A stretch of DNA of 64,000 nt from Ramazzottius varieornatus (lineage: Eukaryota; Animalia; Tardigrada), in the NCBI GenBank assembly GCA_001949185.1, contig BDGG01000003.1, forward strand, positions 5,205,092 to 5,269,091, in the 5' to 3' direction. Positions 1-9,817 of the stretch are shown piece by piece. The first letter of the stretch is position 1. The number at the start of each line of letters is the position of its first letter. The position numbers and the translations under genes were made by a program. A model generated the notes under the pieces. The model saw nothing but the letters and a program-made list of their open reading frames with translations. It ran no database searches and had not been told where the DNA came from.

Positions 1-714
1 AGGAGTTTACTGACAACCGTATTGAACTGGAAGAATGGGTGAAAGCCCTCATGGACAACAGGTCTAAAGCCCCACTGGGTCAGATTCCTTACATCGAAGT
101 GGACGGTAGAGCTCTCGGCCAAAGCCATGCCATCGGACGCTACTTAGCTCGACAATATAGCTGTGCCGGACAGGTTCGTTCTTCTTCTTCTGCATGGAAG
201 ACCACACTTGAATACCCACGAATTCTCAATTTCTTTGCAGGATCCGTGGGAACAGGCGGAGGTAGATGCCATTGTTGACTTTAGCGAAGGTAATTTTCTC
301 GCTCTCAAACTATGACATTCCTATTCCCTTGGGCGCCATTTATGTAACGGCTCCGTATCAGATCTCGTTTCTTTGACAGATGCGTACAACCCGTTCACGG
401 ACTGGCTACGAACTAAATTTGTCTTCGGAAAGCTGGAGAAGGCTAATGAGTTGCAACAACAGTACCTGTCGTCGCACATTCCGCCGTATCTGAAGAAGTT
501 CGACCAGCTTATCAGGGACGGGAAAGGATTTGCTGTTGGTGAAGGACCTACGTGGGCTGACTTTACCATGGTCGCGTTCCTGGACGAAGTAGTCACCTTG
601 ATGGAACCGAAGTTGCTTGATGGCTATGCCACACTCCACGATTACGTAGACCGTATCCATAACCTGAAAGGTATAAAGGAATGGTTAACCAGGCGGCCCA
701 TAACCACGCTGTAG
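1..714 (+). CDS. Glutathione S-transferase, sigma class (HPGDS-like); 5' end outside window; exons <1-173, 241-289, 380-714
   Basis: Spliced translation EFTDNRIELEEW..APLGQIPYIEVDG..QSHAIGRYLARQY..AGQ|DPWEQAEVDAIVD..PTWADF..IKEWLTRRPITTL*; in-phase GT-AG introns 174-240 and 290-379. Confidence 0.92.
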
Positions 715-858
715 TTTTCTATCGTATAATAGTCCTGTCCGTTGTTTTGCGCACGAATAGGAAGTTTCCTGAGAGCACCCAGGTGAATCTACAGCTGACT
801 TGCATCTCTCGGAACGCAGAAGTAAAAACAGTGATATTATAAGTCTAACATATGCGCA

Positions 859-1085
859 CAGGAGGAGTAAGCATGTGTGACCCAGTGAGGAAATGTGTGA
901 CCCAGTAGTCTCAGACGGCGCATCCATAGAAAAGCACGAGACACTCGTAATTAAAATGAAGCCTATGACGTAACGGATTACAGTGTTGTCTATCTTACAT
1001 AAAAAGTGTTTCTGTTAACGTAATGCATACTTGATACATGTCACGCCGTCTGAGACTACTGGGTCACACATGCTTACTCCTCCTG
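859..1085. mobile_element. MITE with ~42-bp terminal inverted repeats (CAG...CTG ends, Tc1/mariner-like)
   Basis: caggaggagtaagcatgtgtgacccagt..agtctcagacggcg (859-920, with a 20-bp internal duplication) is the reverse complement of 1044-1085; right flank TA, left flank CA. Confidence 0.8.
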
Positions 1086-2039
1086 TACACTAGTTAGTAG
1101 TATCCTTCTTCGGCCACTTTCTGCAACACTTCATCGATGAGGAACTGTAGTTCACAGACATCATGATCGGTTCCGTCACGGATGTTGCCTGATGTTGCGG
1201 ATGTTGCCTGATGTCAAACAGTAGAAACGATGCTTAAAATACTATCAATTGCGCAGTTTCAATCCCTTTCCGCATTTCAGTCCCATTTTAATTGCAGTTT
1301 GGCCTAATTTTAATTATCTATTTTATTATCCCACCATCCAGCCAATTTTACTATAATTTCACTGTATAGTAAAATCCGTCGGCTGGGTTTGGCAATCTTA
1401 ATTATGGTAGTAAAATTTAAAACAGCCGGTTTTCGGCCATTTTCAATCATCTATTACAATCATTAAAATAACACTACTACCTGTGGAATGTGACAATTGC
1501 TTCTTCTGCAACCGAACAGCGTTTCTGCACGAGACTGCACTGCGCAGCACGATCAGCTGATCGACGTCCGGTTACGCCTTGACTTGATCAAGTAATCAAG
1601 CGCGTGTCTGATCGGCTGATCGATTTCATGCGAACAGCATGGCAAGCAACTTCGTGCATACATGAACCGTCCGGATCTGATTTCGGGCGTTTGAACTGTC
1701 ACATCTCACAGGTATGACTGTATCAGGATCCGAGAACGACAGAGGGACTTCAAACGTCAGACAACAATGCTTCCAAGAACCGCCAAGCCTTTCATCCTCA
1801 TGTTTCAAAGTACCTTTACGTGTATCTAGCCCATCTAGAATAAAAGAAGCGTCTTCGATGTAGCAATGCCAGACGACTATCAATCGCACAGTACCGAAAC
1901 TCTTCATCAAAACTGCAAGCGGCACATACAAGGGAAGAGAATGAAAAGCTCAGAGACGGAAGAAAGTTGAAAAAGATGATCACAATCAAGCAATGAAATG
2001 AATAGAAAACAATGGCCGTCGAAGAATAAAAACGCACGT

Positions 2040-3930
2040 TCAGTGGCTGGCCTTCTGATACATCAACCCCAATGCTTCCGCCGCTCTTAGTCTGACCATC
2101 GGTTCTTTGTCAGCCAGCAAGTGTATGACAGCCGGCGAGACATGACTGGGAACCGTGTCAGGGTTCGCTGAGTTGGAAGCTTGGGCCAGCAGATTACCGG
2201 CCAACAGCGCAGCATTCGCCCTCAGCGTGGCACTTTCCGACCGGAAGTACCCAATCACCAGGTTGAGATACATGGGAATCTTCTCCGCGTACTCACTTCC
2301 CTGTCGAACGAAGTCGTTGTGCCAAGACCTTTACTGCTCAATATTGTCAAACAACCACACGACTCATTTTATTTACCAGACAACTGCATATCNNNNNNNN
2401 NNNNNNNNNNNNNNNNNNNNNNNNNNNNNNNNNNNNNNNNNNNNNNNNNNNNNNNNNNNNNNNNNNNNNNNNNNNNNNNNNNNNNNNNNNNNNNNNNNNN
2501 NNNNNNNNNNNNNNNNNNNNNNNNNNNNNNNNNNNNNNNNNNNNNNNNNNNNNNNNNNNNNNNNNNNNNNNNNNNNNNNNNNNNNNNNNNNNNNNNNNNN
2601 NNNNNNNNNNNNNNNNNNNNNNNNNNNNNNNNNNNNNNNNNNNNNNNNNNNNNNNNNNNNNNNNNNNNNNNNNNNNNNNNNNNNNNNNNNNNNNNNNNNN
2701 NNNNNNNNNNNNNNNNNNNNNNNNNNNNNNNNNNNNNNNNNNNNNNNNNNNNNNNNNNNNNNNNNNNNNNNNNNNNNNNNNNNNNNNNNNNNNNNNNNNN
2801 NNNNNNNNNNNNNNNNNNNNNNNNNNNNNNNNNNNNNNNNNNNNNNNNNNNNNNNNNNNNNNNNNNNNNNNNNNNNNNNNNNNNNNNNNNNNNNNNNNNN
2901 NNNNNNNNNNNNNNNNNNNNNNNNNNNNNNNNNNNNNNNNNNNNNNNNNNNNNNNNNNNNNNNNNNNNNNNNNNNNNNNNNNNNNNNNNNNNNNNNNNNN
3001 NNNNNNNNNNNNNNNNNNNNNNNNNNNNNNNNNNNNNNNNNNNNNNNNNNNNNNNNNNNNNNNNNNNNNNNNNNNNNNNNNNNNNNNNNNNNNNNNNNNN
3101 NNNNNNNNNNNNNNNNNNNNNNNNNNNNNTTCGATCACCGGCAGTATTCTGTTCAGAGACTTCATCGCTTCAACCGGTGCGATGTTGGTGAAACCTTCGG
3201 CGCTGGAGTTGTCTTCCAGACCGGAGAGGATGACCTTTATCACACTATCCGCGTGAATATTCACCTAAGTGCACAACAGACTTCGGAGACGGGAAATTAG
3301 ATTCGAAGTTTTTCGACAAAATTGCACTTACGATTTCTGGGCCGAAGTTGACAAGACTCCCAAGTCCACGTATGCAGAATATGCGTACTATAGCCGATTG
3401 GTCGGAGTTCTTCGCGGCCAGATGACCGACGATCTCCGTAACGGCCGCTGGTTTCTCTGGCTTTTTGCTTTCAAGCATCTGCAAGCACAGCAACAAAACG
3501 AATGAAAGCCGGAAGTTCCGCAAGGAAGGCGAAGCAATGAAAGCTCGACAAGCCTGCTCCTCAAGCGGCGCACATTCTCAGTGATGGTAGCTGAAGGAGT
3601 GCGCTACCCGGAAAACAACCTTGTCGGGTTGTTCGCCGAGCTGCCAGATACTACATTTCGGTTCATCTTACCGCAGATAGACTGGCAGCTGCGACCGCGC
3701 GTTGAGCTTCGATGTCGCTGTTCAGGTACCCGGTTAGGTTCTCCATGACTTTCTTGGTGTTGATGTTTGACGACTGGAAAATACACTTGGCCGTGACATG
3801 AAGACCTTCGGCATACATGGTCGTGTCTTCCATCATCTCGAAGGAGATCGGCACGACACAGTTTGTGTTCTTCAGAAGCTCTTTCAGAGTACCGATGGCC
3901 ACTTTGGACGGCTGAAGCTGATACCCGTGC
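2040..3930 (-). CDS. Maestro HEAT-like repeat protein (MROH1-like), C-terminal exons only; interrupted by assembly gap
   Basis: Exons HGYQLQPSKVAIGTLKELL..SDIEAQRAVAAA, VRIFCIRGLGSL, VEAMKSLNRIL, YFRSESATLRANAALLAGNL..LLADKEPMVRLRAAEALG resemble the MROH1 C-terminus; no N-terminal exons recognised. Confidence 0.75.
2393..3129. other. Scaffold gap (737 N)
   Basis: Run of N; ORFs spanning it are artefacts. Confidence 1.
3541..3645. repeat. AAGTGGCGCAC foldback element, 1 unit, in MROH1-like intron
   Basis: ctcgacaag..caagcggcgcac..gtgcgctaccc..cttgtcggg..gccgagc. Confidence 0.7.
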
Positions 3931-4893
3931 TGCGACAAAACCATAAAAAATCAACCGAACCTACCAGTTGGGGTAACATAATCAATCTGAGATTTTGCAA
4001 TGAAAAAAAGTCAGACCGCTGCGACGGAACATGTAACTTTTTGTCACAAATACCCGCTCGACATGAGGGCAGACGTTCCTCTTGTCGCTCTGACGTCGAG
4101 TGACTGACTCCCTCCATCAAGCGATGCCAGTCAGTGGCCTTACATATTTCAACGACTTGACCAACTGTTCCGTGAACTCGTGGCCGTTCAGCGCTGCCCT
4201 GAATACCACTCCACCCAATCAGCAGGTCAGGACAAGTATATGGTTCTCGGTATGGCATCGGAGACCCTTTATTGACCTCGGTCTCTTCTTAGGTCAAATA
4301 CAAGTGTCGATTTGGCCAATCGAAGTCAGGCAAGGTCGAACGAGCCCTGATTCTCGACAGTCGTTATGAACCGGCTCCCGCACCCGATGTTGCCAGTTAT
4401 TTCGCGTCACGCCGCGATGATGCCCCATTCTCCTCCTATCTGGCGAAACGGTCCAGCAAGAGTCGCACCTACCAGAACTTGTCAAAGAACAAACAGGCCA
4501 TTGTCCAGCTGTACTTCTTGACCGACTGGTGGCGCTTTGAGCAGGTATGTTCAAACCGGTGCACCATTAAGCGGCTATGTGACGGCGCAATGCAGTTTAC
4601 GGTTACAGGCACGAGCGGAAGTTAATGCACTGGCGAAAACAGACGAGGTCCTACTGCCACACGACATTGCCGCGGAGCTCGAGCGAAAAAAGAATCAGAC
4701 GGTAGGCGTTGCTAAAAAGGAATGGTCACCGACATCCATCCATATTTTGCGAGTGTGTATATATCTATGTGGTAGATTGAAATGGCCCAGTTTGTGCCGA
4801 TGCCCGAGGCGGACATTCTCGGCTGACAAAGTGACGACCCCGATGCGGACGACCTGCGAAAGGTTGTGGCGGTAAGCCGGTGTCATTGCCATT

Positions 4894-6830
4894 GTGCCTA
4901 GCTGGTTTTCGTCGTACGATTTTTATGATTTACAGGCTTGGCGAGCGGATAAAGGCAAGCAGTCCGAAACAGCAAAGGCTGGACCGTCTAACCAGCCGGC
5001 GAAGCGCTCCGCCGAATCACCGGGTGAGGTTCTTAAGAAAACCAAGCGGGATGGGACAAAGTCTGACGCGGTTGTGATATCGGTGAGTACAGCCAGAGTC
5101 GGTCGTAATGTCTGGCGTTGGCCCGAGCCGGGAGTGTTATCTCTTTCAGAACGATGAGAGCTCGATGCAGCAGAGGCGGCCAAGGTGCGTATTGACCTAT
5201 ACCAACGGAGACCTATCGGCCAACTGACCATACCGTATTTTATTACAGCACCGCCCAGACGAGGAAGCGCGAGGCGTGGAGCTGCCGGCCGATTTGGTTG
5301 AAGCCGAACGCGTCACCGACAAAGACGCAGTCGCACCGGTACGTGTCAATATTCGTTCAGAGTGTCAGGGTACCACCGTTCCATGTGTACTTCTTGCGCA
5401 GTATGACCGTCGACCGTGCTGGCCAACCGGTTTCCGTTCTGCAAACTGCGAAATGCCGGATGTAAGTGTCACTTTCCCCACTAATAAGGGATGGTCACGG
5501 CGGACCATCCCTTATTAGCCAACCGTATGATTAGCCAACTTATTCCATGTGGTTTCCTATGTGAGCAGAAGGTCCGTGACCGCGGTTGGGGAGGCCAAGT
5601 CTATCTGGCCTTTTACCGAGAAACCAGCCAGATGCGCCTCTTCTGGACGCTGCCCAAGGTGACCGAGATGTTGGTGCAAGTCACGCCCACCGGGACCGAA
5701 TACTATCACCTGGGCCTGAGCAGCAAGCCCGGCCGGGGAACTTTGACTTTATCTGGATCAACGACGACAGCCATTCCACCCCGTTGGTTCCCCGCTATCG
5801 TGTTCCAGAGGGTGCGCAGTACCAGCGCTTCGTCGCGCAGACGTCCGTTCCCGTGCGCGTGAACGGACTGGAAGCACTGAAGAAGCGAGCCAAAGGTCAG
5901 GATCGTAACAAGCAAAGTGTGGGCAACGGTAAGTTGGACGGTGGTGCATGTCTCGTACTACCCTTTGACCTCTAATGTTGCCGTTTGTAGCGGGTAGTAC
6001 CAATCACACACAGTCATGGCCACGAGCCAAGAGCATGTCATCCTACGTGCGCCAGGAGATTTGGAATCGCGCCCGTATGCTGCTGTCCATTCAGCCCTTG
6101 GGGTCTTGTACGCCGCTGACCGCTGAGCAACAGGCCTCGTTGGCCACCCTCAAGGTTCGCGCCAAGCGCAACCGGAAGAACAAGGGGCAAGTTGGACGAC
6201 CGGCCAATACGGGCAATGTAAGTCTGACTGTTCATCCTAAAAATGGATGGTGAGCATCCACTTATAGTTTTCATTCTTCATAGGCTCCCCGTCGACCCTT
6301 GGCGGCGTATACGCACTTCAAGAACCACTAACAACAGGAGCATTCCACGCTCAAGACGGCCGAATTGAAGACGGAAGCACTGTCGGCGTGGGCTGCTTTG
6401 CCGGCTGACACCAAGCAGGTAGGCCAGCATAGCCAGTCTGTCGGTTATCTCACCGGTCACGCACTCTTCCTAGTAGCGGTACACCGATGCCGCGGCGGCT
6501 GATTTTGAGCGCTTCACCACGGAAACCCGTGCCTATACGGCGGCACTGGCAGCTCAGACGTCGCCGACCAAGGCCAAGTCGCCAGCCAAGAAACCCGCTC
6601 AGAAAGCGTCCCCGGAAGAAGCGTCGGGGGATGACGCGCCCGGGCCTCGTCAGCGCGCCGCGGGGAAGAAGGTCGCCGCGTTGAAGGCTAAAGCGACGGT
6701 CGCCGAGGAGGATGACGACGAGGATGAGCAGGCGGCCCATGATGATAAGGACACCGATGGAGACTACAAGGCCAGCGGCGAGAGCGACGAGAGCGACGAC
6801 ACTGAAAGTGAAGATGGACATGAAGAGTAG
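4894..6830 (+). other. Putative multi-exon orphan gene or pseudogene with acidic C-terminal tail
   Basis: Coding-like segments bounded by GT/AG (KQSETAKAGPSNQPAKRSAESP; DRGWGGQVYLAFYRETSQMRLFW; FIWINDDSHSTPLVPRYRV; EEDDDEDEQAAHDDKDTDGDY..EDGHEE*); apparent frame switch near 5735. Confidence 0.35.
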
Positions 6831-6839
6831 ACTAGATGT

Positions 6840-7090
6840 GCCAACTTTTTCATCCATGACTCTACATCCGGCGACAGATATGGAGCATTGTCATGGATGA
6901 GCACAATCTTGGCGGCCCCACCGAGCTCGCGACGAGCCGCAGCTAGTAAGGTTGGCAGAACAGCCGTGTAGTATTCATCCCGGTTGAATACATGTCCCTT
7001 GGAACTTTTAAACTTATCCTTCTTGCTGAATCCACTGACGGACAACCAGGCAGGCAGTCCCGGAATGTCGGGCACCTCTGTGTGGAACCG
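6840..7090 (-). mobile_element. Tc1/mariner-type DDE/D transposase fragment (relic)
   Basis: FNRDEYYTAVLPTLLAAARRELGGAAKIVLIHDNAPY..VESWMKK matches the second-Asp (H/Q)DNAP region of IS630-Tc1-mariner transposases; rest of transposase absent. Confidence 0.7.
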
Positions 7091-7341
7091 GAGGTTCACC
7101 GCCAGAACGCGTGATCCTGCAGCAATGGAAATTCAGTCAGGATTGTATAGATGTGCTCAAAACAATGACGGAAAATGCAACTCTTGCATCGGGCTTTCAT
7201 GTATCGTATTACTGTTGGTTCGCCCCTTACTTCCGGTGGGTCATCGTCGAGGATAGCTGTCAAACATCGATGGTCTTAAAAAGGGATGGTCGATGCGATC
7301 CATCCACTTTGAGTGCCACAAGCAGTTCACAACAAGCTGTT

Positions 7342-8522
7342 CTACCACTTACGGTTGATCGCGTATGTCAATTTGCATGGTTCTAGGTTGTCCGGCTCGG
7401 TTTGTGTGCCTCCCAGCTTGTCTCCGACATATATCGTATTAACGGTCACGACGTTATCGTCAGGGATACCCGCCAACTGAAGTGTTTTCCCGACCTGGAG
7501 TCGAAACTTCGTCGCCACCATCGATGTCTTGATCGGTTCGTCACACTTGTCCATCTTCGCCAATAGAGCTGGGCCGAGATAATTGCACGCCTTGATGGAC
7601 AATCGCAACCGCTCGGCCGCGGCTTTATAGAAGGCCATCTCTTCCTCCGGAGTCGACATGAGCTGGTTCACGGGAACGGCAACCGTGTTGGCTGTATAAG
7701 ACTTGTAAAAACTCAGTCGCACGTTATCCGGCATGTCTGTCGGCAAATCGTCAGCTTCGAACACTGTAAAAACACGGCACACCGTAATGGCTTGCTATGT
7801 CAACGCGGTCGTGATTTTCGCCAAGATCATTTACCACTTCCATAGTAGACGAAACTAGTCAGAGTATGGTAACGTTGGGCGCGCATCGATGTGTCACACT
7901 TATACTTCTTCAGGGCACCCGGTGCGCAGCACAGCTTCAACGTAACCGCACTACACGTCAGAGTCTGCACCGCTCGATTTGGTGCGGTTAAAGGGGTTAG
8001 TTGGGCTCCACAGCAGTAGGTCAGGCCTTCATTTCGAAGCCAATGTAACATTATCGTATGCCAGTCTACAAGAAGACAACACAATATTCATTGGCACTAG
8101 GGATTGTGGCCCCACTCGTTAGATCACCCGTTTGTACCTTCCTGACGGTCCCATCCGTAGTTGAGTGCATTATGACTCGCTGTTGCCAGCTTCGGCGTCG
8201 TGACCGGCACATCTGGCACGACACTAGACGTTGACGGCTCAATGTCCACCAAGCCGACGGTGTCCACAGGGGCCACAGGGATGACTGAGGTGGATACAGG
8301 GAGTTGGCCCATCTGTAAAGGACAGAACTCTCTCAGATAGGTTCGAGTTTTTATAAGAGTGTTATCTTGTACCAATGGCCGCATCTTTTTCGGCGTTAGG
8401 GGACTAGGCTGTGAGTGAACTGCAGCCTGATGGATTACGGCGAGCGCCCAAACTTGATGGCACTCATTCCCTAAGTGGTCTATATGCACCGCACCGGACC
8501 ATATTACAGCAGTTTCACTCAT
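7342..8522 (-). CDS. Putative multi-exon orphan protein
   Basis: ORFs 8124-8522, 7827-8084 and 7342-7782; the last two join in frame over a ~70-bp GT-AG intron (YYGS|VFEADDLP); no family recognised. Confidence 0.35.
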
Positions 8523-8780
8523 TTGGTTGGTTTGTCGGCGTTACCACCGAAAGATATTCTTAACAACATGGACCGCTGGCCCTGATTATAGCTCTGTGCC
8601 CGAAGCAATAAACAACATCCAGAAAACTAAACTTAATTAATTAAAGTGGCAGTGGCAGATTAAGGAGGACCCCGGTTAGGTGGGCGAAAAGGTGAGGCAT
8701 CAGACAAAAACACATATTCCGACGAGAAGTGAAGTCGGCCAACATAGAGTGAAAACTGAGGTTGAAGACACAGTCAAACT

Positions 8781-9611
8781 CTAAGAACTACGACGGAATA
8801 CCGCTGTAAGGTTCTGCAAGTATGGATGGTCAGACTTTTCTTGCAACAGCTGGCGAAGACGTTCTCTGTCCAGATAGTTGTGGTTAATACAGTGGAAATC
8901 CTCTAGGACTGCATCGTTCCCCAAAGGATCACGACAGTATTTCTGGAACTTATTCAGCGGCGCCACCGCCGCATTGTGCAAGATGATTCTGATCTGTAGC
9001 GGCAGGATGGTGATGCAGTTGATGAGGTCATCAACTGTCGTACTCAAGTGGGAAAAGATAACAGTCTGCAGCTGGCACTTGGGGCCGCCGAACACGGAGA
9101 AGAGGGGGAAGAAAAACTTGCGGAGGCTCATCCAGTAGGGCGGTGTGCTTGTACAGAACGATTTGTGGAGTAGGGAACGCTGCGCGCAAGTGAAGACCAG
9201 GTATCGGGTGCCGTGTTTGTAGTGCTTGACGTATCGTATCAAGGACTTGACTACCTTGTTCAGTACATCGTAATCATCTGCAAGCAACAACAAGAAAATA
9301 TACTCGGTTGTGAAATCCAGCTAGTCGAAAACGCCGGTAAGAAATTTTCCTGATGGGGGGTCGGCGGTTATCGATGAAGGTTTCACAGCGTTTACGTGGG
9401 TCACACTACCGTAGCTGTATCTTCCGCGACGGCACAAGTCTCTGATCTCGATGCAAAGAACCTTCCGGTGGCGCAGGCGAGCTTGGACAGCCTGTTGCCA
9501 TTGTCTGCAGACCAATGAGAACTTGGAGGCCAAGAGGTTGGGCTCTCCATCAAGGTAAGCAAAGACCTCGTCCAAACTCAGAGTTAGAATATTCAGCGGG
9601 GAAAGTTCCAT
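8781..9611 (-). CDS. F-box-like domain protein (2 exons)
   Basis: N-terminal LDEVFAYLD..FSLVCRQWQQAV F-box pattern; ttgcag acceptor at 9278-9283 leads into ORF ending at 8781. Confidence 0.6.
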
Positions 9612-9817
9612 ACCTCATCGACAGACTCTCTGGTTTGAAACTGACCAGTGAAAGGACTGAAAGGACTCAATGTTGAACTTGAACCTCAATCTACAACATA
9701 CAGCACAACACCGAACACAGTCTTTTTGTTTGTGTGCTTTGATTTTAGGACAAAGAAAGCCAGTAGAATAGAAATGAGTAAGAAAGCATACAGTTCAATG
9801 GGAATCGAAACCAATGC

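Noticed and set aside
2155-3300. Long 305-381 aa ORFs in the ORF track
   Set aside because: They read through the N gap and are artefacts
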